This document shows, one piece after another, positions 1-9,371 of a stretch of DNA of 54,260 nucleotides (the stretch's first letter is position 1; each line of letters begins with the position of its first letter). The notes beneath the pieces are model-generated. The model ran no database searches. It was not told the DNA's origin and saw only the letters and a list, made by a program, of their open reading frames with translations. A program made the position numbers and the translations under genes. The DNA lies in IMG/VR virus record IMGVR_UViG_3300044461_000032; one strand, 5' to 3'. This DNA is from a virus.

Positions 1-127
1 GTTCCCGGTATTTGGACTAACCCGGAAATAGTAGGTCGTGCCTGGGACCGTCACGATCTCAAGCGGCTTGTTGCGCCGATAGTTGTCAGTCTCCGCAACC
101 CCGAGCACATGCACCACGCCGGCCGCG
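1..127. repeat. 127-bp terminal direct repeat, identical to 54134..54260 (circular-assembly overlap or terminal redundancy)
   Basis: Base-by-base reading: gttcccggtatttggactaacccgg...gcaccacgccggccgcg occurs at both ends of the window. Confidence 0.95.
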
Positions 128-990
128 CGATAGACCTGCAAAAGCGGCTTGTAAGTCGTCAGATCCCCGAAGGCCCAGACCGAGATGAACACTTGCCCGG
201 TTAGTGCGGTGTATTGATACCAAGCCTCGTAGGTCGTCCCGCCGTCATATAAACCTGTTTGCGTGATCGGCGCGCCCGCTGTGGGGATGGCGACGGCCGT
301 CTCGATGGTGACGTTCGGGACGACATCATCGGCCAGTTCGATGTCAAACGAGAACTCCAGGAATCCCGCCAGGGCACTCGTGCTCGCGCCGACCGTCAGA
401 TCGTTCAGCGGCGCGTAATTCGACGTCCGCGCCCCATATCGCACCCCCGCGAGCCGCGCCGTGGTATGGACGTTCTCTGCGCGCACCCCTATCTCAGCCA
501 CGAGTCGATAGTCCCCGCTGTCGTTCGGCACCGACACGGAGGACAACGCTTGCGGCGACTGGAGCGCCACACCCACGGCGGGAAACGGCCATTCTGTTCC
601 ACCCCCGCCGCTGCTTTCCTCGTAGCCGTTCAGGAGTGTGCCGACAATTGAATCGTCGGACGTGTCGATGACGTAAATATGGAGTCGGGTGAAATAGTCG
701 GCATCAGCACTGGACTGGAGCAGTCCGACTACCATGTCCACGGTGCCGCTGATCGTTTGGTTTGGTTTCAGCCGCCGACTAATGGCCCGCAAGACGCCCA
801 TGCGATACGGGGACGTCGAGACCGTCTCCGACATCACGGCCTGAAAGCTGCCGGGAATCTCGGCGCCGAACTTATGCGGATCGAACGCCTTCGTCCCGGC
901 CGCGAGCGCGCTCACCGCGTCCCACCCCCCGTCCCACGTTGGCGGCGTATAGGGCGCGGGCTGATTCAGGAGATAGAACCGAACGGCCAT
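1..990 (-). CDS. Tail-associated protein, N-terminal 330 codons. The ORF runs off the window start and continues in frame at 54133 (684 aa once the ends are joined)
   Basis: All 330 minus-frame triplets of 1..990 were checked and contain no stop. ATG at 990-988 lies 3 nt after the TAG of the upstream gene. The last codon (3..1, AAC) joins in frame to CCC at 54133-54131. It is missing from the ORF track because it has no stop inside the window. Confidence 0.75.
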   Translation of the reverse strand, partial: MAVRFYLLNQPAPYTPPTWDGGWDAVSALAAGTKAFDPHKFGAEIPGSFQAVMSETVSTSPYRMGVLRAISRRLKPNQTISGTVDMVVGLLQSSADADYFTRLHIYVIDTSDDSIVGTLLNGYEESSGGGGTEWPFPAVGVALQSPQALSSVSVPNDSGDYRLVAEIGVRAENVHTTARLAGVRYGARTSNYAPLNDLTVGASTSALAGFLEFSFDIELADDVVPNVTIETAVAIPTAGAPITQTGLYDGGTTYEAWYQYTALTGQVFISVWAFGDLTTYKPLLQVYRAAGVVHVLGVAETDNYRRNKPLEIVTVPGTTYYFRVSPNTGN

Positions 991-993
991 CGG

Positions 994-1827
994 CTACGGC
1001 CAGGGCAAGCCGCGGGAGAGTTCCTGCACGCGGAACGGGAAGATGTTGTGCTCGATCATCTCGCGCGTGCGGCTCCACTTCGCCTCCCGGAAGCGCACGA
1101 ACCACGCATCATTGATGCCCTCATCGGGGATGAGCAGCCATGGGAGAATGCGATTGCGCGCGGAGCGGTGCAGCGTAATCAGTTGATTCGCGCGACTGTT
1201 CATCAGGGCCAACTCGCCGATGAACTCGCGGCGCGGTCCCCAGAGTTCATAGACCGTTTCAACCTTGCCCTCGGTAGGATGCTCGACTTGCCCCTGTTCC
1301 TCTTCCTCCACCACGCCCCACCGCACGTCGTTGTCGAGATCGCGGAGGGCTGTCAGGAGCAGCAGCCGCCCGACCATCGGCGCGAGATAGTTGTCCTCGT
1401 TGACCGACAGCCGCCAGGTATCGAACGTCTGCGGGCTGTCGAATAGCACCCACGGACTAATCGTCCAGTCGTTTTCAAAGGAGGCCGGGATGTCGATGGC
1501 TTGCGAGAAGGAGAGCGGCGACCCCGTGCCCGCCTCAATCGTCACGTCCAGGCCTTCTTCGAAGTTGTGATAGATGATCGCGGCCCCGACAATCTCCACG
1601 GGCGCCGGGAACACGAGTTCCCAGTAGCCGCTCAGCGTCGTGAGCTTCGCCGGCCGTGACGGCAGGTTGAGGTGCCCCGTGTTCGTCGGCGCCACGATGT
1701 TCTCGGCGGGATACTCGCTATCCTCCGCACTCCCGATCACCGTGTCGGCCGTGCCTGCGACGTCATCCTCGGGCAAGGCATAGCGCCCGAAGGCCGCACC
1801 GGGGGAAAGCGTCGGGCCGGTCGCCAT
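994..1827 (-). CDS. Distal-tail-like protein (Dit position), 277 aa
   Basis: ATG at 1827 overlaps the TGA of the tape-measure gene (TGATG). The gene immediately follows the tape measure. The family call rests on position only. Confidence 0.5.
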   Translation of the reverse strand: MATGPTLSPGAAFGRYALPEDDVAGTADTVIGSAEDSEYPAENIVAPTNTGHLNLPSRPAKLTTLSGYWELVFPAPVEIVGAAIIYHNFEEGLDVTIEAGTGSPLSFSQAIDIPASFENDWTISPWVLFDSPQTFDTWRLSVNEDNYLAPMVGRLLLLTALRDLDNDVRWGVVEEEEQGQVEHPTEGKVETVYELWGPRREFIGELALMNSRANQLITLHRSARNRILPWLLIPDEGINDAWFVRFREAKWSRTREMIEHNIFPFRVQELSRGLPWP

Positions 1828-4274
1828 CAGCGGGCCATCGCCTTCTCGAGCACCGTCACCGTCCCCCGCTGGTTCAGCCGGAACTCCCACTGCAACCGGG
1901 GCACAATGTCACGCGCGAAGACCGCGTCCATCCCTTCCGCGTTGAGGGCGTTGGCGTGGATGTTGACCGTGTAGTGCTGGTTGAGCGTAGGCGAGCTACC
2001 CGTGGTGGCGCTCGTGCGCGGGACGATGTCTTCCCCGAAGCGCCCCCCGTGCAGAATGGCGGGCTGCACGACGCCAGGCGGGACGAAACCGCCTGTGTTG
2101 AAGCCCTTCACGTTCTTGAGGCCCCCGGCCTGCAGGGCACTCACGAACGCCGCCTGTGCCGGGTCGTATTCGCCCTTGCTGTCGGCCCGGTAGACTTCCC
2201 CGATGAGGCGCTCCGCGACGGGGCCTGAAATCTTCGCCTTCTGCGAGGCCTTGACGGCCGCCTCAAACTGCGTGCCCCCGAACATGTCCTGGAGTTGCCC
2301 GAAGAACCGATCCCGCCGCGGGCTGATGTCGGTCGCCTCTTCCCCGCCGCGGAAGAGTCCGCCCTTCCAGATCGCCACCCCGAGGGCCGCCCCGCCGAGC
2401 GCCGCCAGCGTGAACGGATTCGTCGCGAAGGCTGCCAGGCCCGCGCTCCCGGCGCCACCCGCCGACGCTGCGCCGCCCAGCGCCGTCCCGGAGACGCCCC
2501 CGGCAATCGCGTTGCCGATACTCTGCGCCAGCTTCGCGCTCGACAGGCTCTTGATGAGTCCGCCGAGGAATTGCTTGGTGAAGAACGACAGGATTTCGCC
2601 AAGGATATTGGCGACCCCGGCCTGAATGGACTTCCAGATGTCGAGGTAGCCTTCCTTGAAACTCTTGGCCCCGAGCATCATCTGGGCGAAGGATCCCGCG
2701 ATGGCCGTGTCCATCATCTGAATCGAGCGGGTCATGCCTTCGGTCAGCGCCGTCCAGACGTGGCTGAGTTCCTCCGCGCGTTTCTTCCCGATGCCAGGGA
2801 CGGTCGCCTCCATCGCGCCCGCGACCCGCTGTGAGGGCAGGAAGATTTGATCGCCGACCGGCGACAGGCCCGCGAGCGGGTCGCCCGTGACCCGGCTCTG
2901 CCGCATCAGTTCCGCGTCGTGCTCGAAGAACGCCTGCCCTGTCAGGTTCGCCATCTCGCTATTCAGGCGCGCGTAGGATTCGGCGAGCTTCTCCGTTTCC
3001 GTCTTAGCACTCTTCGTGGTGCCCGTGCTCTTACTTAAGAGCGACTCGTAGTCGACGAGCGATCCAGAGTTCTTCCGGATTTCCACGTCGGTGCGGTTCA
3101 GCGCGGCCGCGCTGGCGTCCGCGGCATCCCGGAACCATTGGGCCTGATTGCGGACGGCTTCGATGCTGATGCCCAAAGCCTTCCACAGCATGGCCTCACC
3201 GGGAATCTTGGACAGCAGCCCCATGACCCCCGCGAGGCCGTCCAGGAGCCCCGCCGTGCCGCGCCGGATGAAGTTCACGAACTGGTCGAACAGGCGCCCG
3301 AGGAAGTTGTAGGACTCGGCAGCCCACACCTTGAGCTGCATCTGGAACTTCCCGATGGCGTCCCCGGCCTGGTCGAGCGCCCGCACCGTCTTGTCCGACA
3401 TCACCGGGGCCGCGTTGCCTAACTGCTCGAAGTTCGCGATCAACGTCGGGAGGATGGCCGCACCCGTGCGCCCGAACAGGTCGATGGCGATGGCGGCGCG
3501 GGCGGCCGGGTCCGGGATCTTGGCGATCTCGGTCGCGATCATGGACAGTTGCTCAAACGGCGACGCCGCCTTCAGGGCCGCGAGGTTGATGCCGAGCACC
3601 TTGACGGCATTGACCGCGCTCTTGTCGCCGCTGATGAGATTGTTCTGGAGCCGCGAGATGGCGCCCGTGAGTTCGTCAAGGCTATTGCCGGACTGGCCCG
3701 CAATAAACTGCAATTTCTGGACTTCCGTCGTGGTGAGGCCGGTGCGATCCGCGACCTTGACCAACTGATCGGCCGTGTTCAGGAGCGCGCGCCCGAACGC
3801 CACGACGCTGCTCACGCCGAGCGAGATCCCAAACGCGCCCAGGACGGTGCTGACTTGCGTCAGCGACATCCCAAAGCGCTGCGTCTCGGTGGTCGCCCCG
3901 GCCGTCGCCTTCTGCAAGGCCACCATCGCCGGCGGGGCCTTCTGGCCGAGCGCGGTATATTTCGCGATGGCGTCCGTGAGCGTGCGATTGGCCTTCGCCT
4001 GTTCGGCTTCGGTGAGCTTGGTGGCCCCGCCGATCTTCGTGATGGCCGTGACGAGGTTGTTGGCGGAATAGAGCAGTTTGTCGCCGCTGAACGCCTTGAC
4101 CATCCGCTCGGCTTGTGGCGTGAGCTTCTGGACTTCGACCCCGACTTGCTTGGTGTTCTTCTCGACGAGCTTGAGGGTGGAGTTGGCCTTCGCCATCCCC
4201 GTGTCAAATTGTGCTGTGTCAGCGGTCAGCATCGCCCGCAGGACGCCGACGACGGCGTTATTGGCCGACGCCAT
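1827..4274 (-). CDS. Tail tape measure protein, 815 aa
   Basis: Long Ala/Leu/Gln-rich helical protein directly downstream of the G/T chaperones. Contains a Gly-rich hydrophobic segment (..GGAASAGGAGSAGLAAFATNPFTLAALGGAALGVAIW..). Confidence 0.9.
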   Translation of the reverse strand: MASANNAVVGVLRAMLTADTAQFDTGMAKANSTLKLVEKNTKQVGVEVQKLTPQAERMVKAFSGDKLLYSANNLVTAITKIGGATKLTEAEQAKANRTLTDAIAKYTALGQKAPPAMVALQKATAGATTETQRFGMSLTQVSTVLGAFGISLGVSSVVAFGRALLNTADQLVKVADRTGLTTTEVQKLQFIAGQSGNSLDELTGAISRLQNNLISGDKSAVNAVKVLGINLAALKAASPFEQLSMIATEIAKIPDPAARAAIAIDLFGRTGAAILPTLIANFEQLGNAAPVMSDKTVRALDQAGDAIGKFQMQLKVWAAESYNFLGRLFDQFVNFIRRGTAGLLDGLAGVMGLLSKIPGEAMLWKALGISIEAVRNQAQWFRDAADASAAALNRTDVEIRKNSGSLVDYESLLSKSTGTTKSAKTETEKLAESYARLNSEMANLTGQAFFEHDAELMRQSRVTGDPLAGLSPVGDQIFLPSQRVAGAMEATVPGIGKKRAEELSHVWTALTEGMTRSIQMMDTAIAGSFAQMMLGAKSFKEGYLDIWKSIQAGVANILGEILSFFTKQFLGGLIKSLSSAKLAQSIGNAIAGGVSGTALGGAASAGGAGSAGLAAFATNPFTLAALGGAALGVAIWKGGLFRGGEEATDISPRRDRFFGQLQDMFGGTQFEAAVKASQKAKISGPVAERLIGEVYRADSKGEYDPAQAAFVSALQAGGLKNVKGFNTGGFVPPGVVQPAILHGGRFGEDIVPRTSATTGSSPTLNQHYTVNIHANALNAEGMDAVFARDIVPRLQWEFRLNQRGTVTVLEKAMAR

Positions 4275-4774
4275 CAGTGCACGACCTTCAGCGGGATCTG
4301 GTAACGCTCACTCAGGAAATGCAACATCTGTCGTTGTGCCTCACGCGACGTCCGCCGTGGTCCGTCACGCTGCTCAAACATCGTCTTGAGGTCCGTCAGT
4401 TTACCGACCTGTGCTTGTGCGCTCAGTGCCGCCACGGTCCACGCGAGCGCGAGATCGCGGTTCTGTTCGTCCTTCCACCTCTGCTCCGCCGCTTCGCTTT
4501 CCCGGTAGTATTCCCGCGGCGTCATGCGCCAAAACTGTTCCTGGCTCAGACCGATCCGACGAGCTCCGACGATGAGGGCTCGCCAGTTCCAACCTGAGCC
4601 TCCTGAGGGCGCGTCTCGCTCTGTGCCCCCTCCGGCTGTGGTGGTTGATTGAGTTCGATGGAACGATTCACCCAATCCGACACGACACCGATCCCACCAG
4701 CACGCTCGATCCATCGGCTCGCGTCCTTGAGCGTCTTGATCTCGGCCGCGTGTTCGTCTTGCAATAAACACCAC
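4274..4774 (-). CDS. -1 frame extension ORF (gpT-like part of a predicted G-T frameshift product). Only about 4274..4630 is likely to be translated
   Basis: It overlaps the 3' end of the G ORF in the -1 frame. The conserved-looking part (..GLSQEQFWRMTPREYY..) has no ATG/GTG/TTG of its own. Its stop overlaps the tape-measure ATG. Confidence 0.55.
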   Translation of the reverse strand: MVFIARRTRGRDQDAQGREPMDRACWWDRCRVGLGESFHRTQSTTTAGGGTERDAPSGGSGWNWRALIVGARRIGLSQEQFWRMTPREYYRESEAAEQRWKDEQNRDLALAWTVAALSAQAQVGKLTDLKTMFEQRDGPRRTSREAQRQMLHFLSERYQIPLKVVH

Positions 4775-4953
4775 ACGACGGCACGCATCCCAGAGAACAT
4801 GCCCTGTCGCATAACAGTCTCGATGTCCGTGCCCGGGTGTCCGAGGCCGGCCATCAACGCTTCAAATTCCGCGACGGCATCGAAGGCCGGGCGCAAGGTG
4901 TAAGGCTTGCCCCCGACCACGACGCCGACGTCGCCCTTTTCCTGATTCGCCAT
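4546..4953 (-). CDS. Tail assembly chaperone (gpG-like, GTA g10-like), 135 aa
   Basis: N-terminus ..VVVGGKPYTLRPAFDAVAEFEAL.. Sits between the major tail and tape-measure genes. Confidence 0.75.
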   Translation of the reverse strand: MANQEKGDVGVVVGGKPYTLRPAFDAVAEFEALMAGLGHPGTDIETVMRQGMFSGMRAVVWCLLQDEHAAEIKTLKDASRWIERAGGIGVVSDWVNRSIELNQPPQPEGAQSETRPQEAQVGTGEPSSSELVGSV

Positions 4954-4960
4954 GGTTCAC

Positions 4961-5473
4961 CTAGGGCAAGGTATACGCCGACAGCGGGGTCACTTCGGCC
5001 GTGAAGTCGCACTTCACGTCCACGCCGAGCGCCCCGATCTGATACTTCGTCACCACGCCCCGAAACGCCAGAATGATGCCGGGAGGCGAACCAGCCCCGT
5101 CGCCCGCGGCGCCAGCCGGGAACTCGATCTCGAAATCGACTTCGGTGACATCGCGCCACAACGACACGAGCGACCGATCCGGATCGAACCCGTCCCCGCC
5201 CGCGACCGTGTGCGAGCCGTGCCCCGGCCGGTAGTTGCCGCGCAACGCAAACGCCCCGGAGTCGCGCAAGGTCGCCAGCTTTTCCCGATGCCGATCCGGG
5301 CTCCGGAGGTGGGTCTTTTCGAGCACGCCGGTCGTCATGTCTCCGGGCGTGATGAGATCGATGTCGGCGACGGCCACAAAGGTCTGTGGGGAGTCGCCCT
5401 GCCCGATCCGCAGTTCCGAGCCATATCCGATGAACGCATCACCGGGGTAAAAAGTGCCAGTCACATCAGCCAT
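4961..5473 (-). CDS. Major tail protein (TP901-1 / GTA g9-like), 170 aa
   Basis: ..GYGSELRIGQG..FVAVADI..TTGVLEKTHLRSPDRHREKLATLRDSG.. pattern. Located upstream of the chaperones. Confidence 0.8.
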   Translation of the reverse strand: MADVTGTFYPGDAFIGYGSELRIGQGDSPQTFVAVADIDLITPGDMTTGVLEKTHLRSPDRHREKLATLRDSGAFALRGNYRPGHGSHTVAGGDGFDPDRSLVSLWRDVTEVDFEIEFPAGAAGDGAGSPPGIILAFRGVVTKYQIGALGVDVKCDFTAEVTPLSAYTLP

Positions 5474-5502
5474 TGCTCTCTCCTGTTAGTTGTCGCACGT
5501 CG

Positions 5503-5955
5503 TTACCCCAGTGGGCTCCAATGGAACAGAAAGTCCGTCCGCACCCGGTCGAGTCGCATCTCCTCCGGGAAGTGCTCAAGATCTCCTGCGTGGAAGAGTT
5601 CGACATTGTGGACGGTAATCATCAGGGGGCCGTCCTCAAGTAATCCGCTCCAGCCGAACAGTCCGGACGCCGTCGGCCCCAGTCCGTCCCCGATCACCGC
5701 CATTGCCAACTCCTGCGCCGTGCCGAGCGGATCGTCACCGGAGGTTTCCGCGGAGCAACAATCCACCTGGAACCGATACCGCGCCGGATAGTCAGGCCCC
5801 CGCAAGTGCTGATCGTGCGGGGTCGAGATGCGCTGCACGCGGATATACGGCGTGGTCGGCTGCTGTGGCGCCTTCAACGCATACAACCGATCGCCGACCA
5901 GCATCGTGACCGCGCTCACGGCTTCGAGCCGATCGATGACATAGGCTTCGGTCAC
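5503..5955 (-). CDS. Tail completion/terminator-like protein (DUF3168-like), 150 aa
   Basis: GTG at 5955 overlaps the upstream TGA (GTGA). ..YIRVQRIS..RYRFQVDC.. pattern. Located between the gp10-like and major tail genes. Confidence 0.6.
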   Translation of the reverse strand: MTEAYVIDRLEAVSAVTMLVGDRLYALKAPQQPTTPYIRVQRISTPHDQHLRGPDYPARYRFQVDCCSAETSGDDPLGTAQELAMAVIGDGLGPTASGLFGWSGLLEDGPLMITVHNVELFHAGDLEHFPEEMRLDRVRTDFLFHWSPLG

Positions 5956-6443
5956 GCGGCCCTGCCGGTCACACTGCGACCTCCGAACGACTGCGGGAGG
6001 GCCTTGCGGATCGCCGCCCACAGGGACGCGAGCACGACGTTGAGGCTCGTCTGCTTCTGCGCATCGAAGGCCGGCCGCATGAACGGCTGCGCCGCGTGGT
6101 GGATGGTCCCGTATTCCTGAAAGTAACCGTAGAAGTGATCGGACGGCTGCAAGGCGGGTCCAACTTCCACGACTGGCCCCGCCCCGAAGACGTCCTCTTC
6201 CGCCGCACTGAACCCGGCCGTCTTCAACTTCCGCTTCGACTGCACCCCGATCACGATGTTGTCGGCCAGGTGCGGCCCGCTCGACTGCGAGTCTCTCGGC
6301 GCCAGCGCCGCCGCGTGGGCGCGCATCGGTTCCGCCCCGGCGATCAGCGCGTTCCGTTGCACAGTCACCCCGACCGCCTCCGGGAGTTCGCGCAACCGCT
6401 TCATCAAGTCCGCCGAACCCTGCAGCGTGACGGACACTCTCAT
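5952..6443 (-). CDS. HK97 gp10-family head-tail joining protein, 163 aa
   Basis: ATG at 6443 (ATGA overlap). ..YGYFQEYGTIHHAAQPFMRPAFD.. is the hallmark C-terminal motif. Confidence 0.75.
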   Translation of the reverse strand: MRVSVTLQGSADLMKRLRELPEAVGVTVQRNALIAGAEPMRAHAAALAPRDSQSSGPHLADNIVIGVQSKRKLKTAGFSAAEEDVFGAGPVVEVGPALQPSDHFYGYFQEYGTIHHAAQPFMRPAFDAQKQTSLNVVLASLWAAIRKALPQSFGGRSVTGRAA

Positions 6444-6787
6444 GTGAGCAACCCGCCCGCGAGGGTCATCACTTCCACGCCCCGCTTGCGCCCGAGTTCC
6501 TGCGCCGCGACGATGTCGTGGATCCGGCCGCCCACGACGAGTCGTCGCGTCTTCCGCACATCGACCAGGTCCGGATCCCATTCGGCCGAATACGGCAACG
6601 CCCACTTCGTGTCGTAGGGCGCCGACACCTGATCGGCGACGAACCGCTCGCGCCCGCCCATGTCCATCTTCGACGCCCAGACGGATTGCAATGCGTCCCA
6701 CGTCTCCACCGGTCGCCGCGACGCGCCGACGCTCTCTGTCAAGGCCTGCACCGTAATCCACCGATCGCGCGCGCCGTTGGCCGTCAT
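6440..6787 (-). CDS. Head-tail adaptor (head closure, SPP1 gp16/HK97 gp9-like), 115 aa
   Basis: ..RDRWITVQ..WDALQSVWASK.. pattern, plus its position. Confidence 0.7.
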   Translation of the reverse strand: MTANGARDRWITVQALTESVGASRRPVETWDALQSVWASKMDMGGRERFVADQVSAPYDTKWALPYSAEWDPDLVDVRKTRRLVVGGRIHDIVAAQELGRKRGVEVMTLAGGLLT

Positions 6788-7122
6788 GCGATCACGCGAT
6801 CCTTCAACATCCCGAGCGTCCCGTCGAGGCCGAGAATCGTCTCGAGACCCGGCGTCTTCTCATCGTCGCCACGGTAGCGGTAGAGCCACGCTAACACCTG
6901 GAGCACAAGACTTTGCGCCCGTGCGAAGTCCGGATCGGATTCGGGGTCCGTGTCGACGTCCCACTCCCCCGGCCGCTCCATGCGCCAGACCACAATCGCG
7001 GAGGCCTGCTCCATCTTGAGCAACAGATCGGCGTCTTCTTCAGGCGGCGATCCAGCCCCCACGTCCAGCACGCCGTTTTGCTTCAGGTGCGCCACGGCTT
7101 GCGCGTAGGTAATCAGGGCCAT
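6784..7122 (-). CDS. gp6-like head-tail connector protein, 112 aa
   Basis: MALITYAQAVAHLK...EDADLLLKMEQASAIV.. is typical of this family. ATGA overlap with the adaptor gene. Confidence 0.65.
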   Translation of the reverse strand: MALITYAQAVAHLKQNGVLDVGAGSPPEEDADLLLKMEQASAIVVWRMERPGEWDVDTDPESDPDFARAQSLVLQVLAWLYRYRGDDEKTPGLETILGLDGTLGMLKDRVIA

Positions 7123-7829
7123 GCTTGCGCTCCAATGAACTCGGCATCCTTCCGAATCCCGACACGGTGCAGACTGCTCTGCACGCCCAAGTGCTTCACG
7201 AAGAATGGCCGCGACACGAGCCCGGTCGTCATCGACGGCCGATCCTGCAGCGCCCAGTAGCCGAGCAGTTTGTCGAACCCGTCATGGGGCCGATCCTGAA
7301 ACGGGGCGCCTTTCGGTCGCCAGTTCAGCGGGTGGGCCTTGGCCCAGGCCGCGAACCGTCGCGCGTCCGCCGCCCGCATGGCGACGGCTTGCGAGCCTCG
7401 CATTTCACGCAGGGGTGCCGTCGCGAGGTGCGCGCTGACCGGCTTGAGCGTGTCAAACGCGAAGAACCGATAGATCGAGACGTCCGGATGGTGATACGTG
7501 CCGAGCCATCGCGCCATGCTCTCAATCGGATCCGGACACCATTCGAGGTCGTCTTCGCTCATCACGATCCAGTCGGCGTGAATCTCATCCAGGATCGAAA
7601 CCTGCCGGATGGCGTTCTCGTTCGGACGCTGACGCACCGGAGGCGGATAGACGAGCCCGGTCTGATACGGCCCCCCGTCACGCGCCATCCACCCGATGTC
7701 CGGGTCCGTCGGAAAGACGTGGATGTCCGTCCCTGACACGCCGCCGCCGCGCAGACTGTCGACGGTCGACCGGAGGTAGTTCTTCTTCGGGGAGCGGTCG
7801 GCCGTGCGGATGGTCAGGACGAGACTCAC
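7113..7829 (-). CDS. Putative GT-A-fold glycosyltransferase, 238 aa
   Basis: GTG at 7829 (GTGA overlap). N-terminus LVLTIRTADRSPKKNYLRSTVDSL and an acidic SEDDLEW (DxD-like) box. Assigned by eye only. Confidence 0.45.
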   Translation of the reverse strand: MSLVLTIRTADRSPKKNYLRSTVDSLRGGGVSGTDIHVFPTDPDIGWMARDGGPYQTGLVYPPPVRQRPNENAIRQVSILDEIHADWIVMSEDDLEWCPDPIESMARWLGTYHHPDVSIYRFFAFDTLKPVSAHLATAPLREMRGSQAVAMRAADARRFAAWAKAHPLNWRPKGAPFQDRPHDGFDKLLGYWALQDRPSMTTGLVSRPFFVKHLGVQSSLHRVGIRKDAEFIGAQAWP

Positions 7830-8404
7830 GCGGCCCTCCAGAACACCATGGCATTCGACCCATACCACGGCGTGCGCGGCGAACAGCGCAGCCACCGACG
7901 GCGCAGCTCCGACGACACCGCCTCCGCATACGTCAACCCATGCACCCGGAACAAGCCGCGCCAGAACGACGGCTCCGCGCAATGCACATGCCCCGGCCCG
8001 CGCTGCCCCGGTCCCGCCGCGGTAAATAGAATCCGGCCGAGCGGATCCATGTGCCGCACGAGCGTGTCGACGAGCGTCTCGGCATACTCCGCATCCAGAT
8101 GTTCCGCGACTTCCCAACAGATGACCCAATCGAAGCGCCGCTTCAGGTCCACCGGCTCGCGGAGGTCCGCCCGCACGAGCACGTCGATGCCGTCCGGCAC
8201 CGCCAAGTCGATGCCCATCGCTGCGATTTCATGCGCCAGCGCCCACCCGACATGCACGCCTTCGGCGCAGCCGACGTCCAGGAGGCTCGCGGGCGTCCCG
8301 AGCACCTCACAGGCCGTTTCCAGGCACCGGAGCGAATGCGGATGCGTCCACCGTCGCGCGACGTGGTAGGACGACCCAGGCGTGTAAAGGTCAGGCCGCG
8401 ACAT
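7826..8404 (-). CDS. Class I SAM-dependent methyltransferase, 192 aa
   Basis: LLDVGCAEG matches SAM motif I. It is followed by an acidic loop (ADLREPVD) and ..WVICWEVAEHL.. Confidence 0.7.
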   Translation of the reverse strand: MSRPDLYTPGSSYHVARRWTHPHSLRCLETACEVLGTPASLLDVGCAEGVHVGWALAHEIAAMGIDLAVPDGIDVLVRADLREPVDLKRRFDWVICWEVAEHLDAEYAETLVDTLVRHMDPLGRILFTAAGPGQRGPGHVHCAEPSFWRGLFRVHGLTYAEAVSSELRRRWLRCSPRTPWYGSNAMVFWRAA

Positions 8405-9371
8405 GCCGACTCCCACCCCCGATGAGTGCCACAGAGAACGGCGCCCGCAACGTCGTGGCGATCTGGTCGATGACTTGCCGGTGGTCCTTCCGGAAGTTCG
8501 GCCGCGCATAGAACGTCTGCGCCCGCACCCCGACGAACGGCGCCAGATAGGCGAAGCCGCCATACGTCCCGACGTAGCCCTTGGCCCGGGCAATGACGGC
8601 CGTCTGCGTCTCCAGGTTTGTTACGGGGTCCATCGCCACACGATGCACGCGCGGATGTGGCGCGACGTCAAACTCCCCGTGGTCGTCATACTGCGTCCCG
8701 CTGTGCAGGAGCACCACATCGGATGACGCGGTCATCGCCCGCACGATGTCATTCACCATCTGCGTGTGCACGGAGTTCTTCGAGCACGCCATCGAGTTGT
8801 AGAACTTCGCCGCGACATACGACGTCGGCAAGTCGAGCCCATGCGGAGGCACCGCGAACCGCTTCGGCACGGTCATGTGCCTGTAGAGGTGCGGGAGTTT
8901 GCGCCGCCAGAACGGCCGGAAGAGCGCATACATCAGCGACGGGTGCAGGAGTCGAGTGTCAGACAGTCCCGCCGCTTTCTCGACATGCCGCACAATGTCG
9001 CGATCGAAGGTCGAGACGATGTGCTGCTTGGTGGACGGTCGCCCGTGCCGCACACCGCTACACGCCGCCTGCTCGGCCATGCGCTTGTCGTTCTTCTGCC
9101 GATAGCGATCGGGCGGATAGAACTGGAACACGTCGACATAGTTGGGACTGATGTCGGCATACCAGGAGCGGCACCCCCCGCGCGAGACAATCCACAGATC
9201 CTCGCGGTGGAGATGCCCGTGCGCGACCGCCCACCGAAGGAACGGAATCCAGTAGAGCAGCTCGAAGCCCACTTCGCTCAGCCACGGACCCACAATGATC
9301 GGGCCGCGCGTGCGTCCGAGCGCTGCTACCGCGTCGCGGGTGTCCTGCACGAGCTGGAGTTCTGGCGTCAT
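8391..9371 (-). CDS. Putative GT-B-like glycosyltransferase, 326 aa
   Basis: ATG at 9371 (ATGA overlap). C-terminal ..AVIARAKGYVGTYGGFAYLAPFVGVRAQTFY resembles the donor-binding half of GT9-type enzymes. The similarity is weak. Confidence 0.35.
   Translation of the reverse strand: MTPELQLVQDTRDAVAALGRTRGPIIVGPWLSEVGFELLYWIPFLRWAVAHGHLHREDLWIVSRGGCRSWYADISPNYVDVFQFYPPDRYRQKNDKRMAEQAACSGVRHGRPSTKQHIVSTFDRDIVRHVEKAAGLSDTRLLHPSLMYALFRPFWRRKLPHLYRHMTVPKRFAVPPHGLDLPTSYVAAKFYNSMACSKNSVHTQMVNDIVRAMTASSDVVLLHSGTQYDDHGEFDVAPHPRVHRVAMDPVTNLETQTAVIARAKGYVGTYGGFAYLAPFVGVRAQTFYARPNFRKDHRQVIDQIATTLRAPFSVALIGGGSRHVAA

Noticed and set aside
1-127. The 127-bp end repeat as a physical direct terminal repeat of the virion DNA.
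   Set aside because: It falls in the middle of a coding sequence, and its length equals a common maximum assembler k-mer. An assembly overlap from a circular graph is more parsimonious. This cannot be excluded without reads.
4274-4774. The 166-aa ORF as an independent gene starting at 4774.
   Set aside because: Its first ~50 residues are an out-of-frame read of the G chaperone gene. Only the part downstream of about 4630 looks like a T-type chaperone segment, so it is treated as a frameshift extension.
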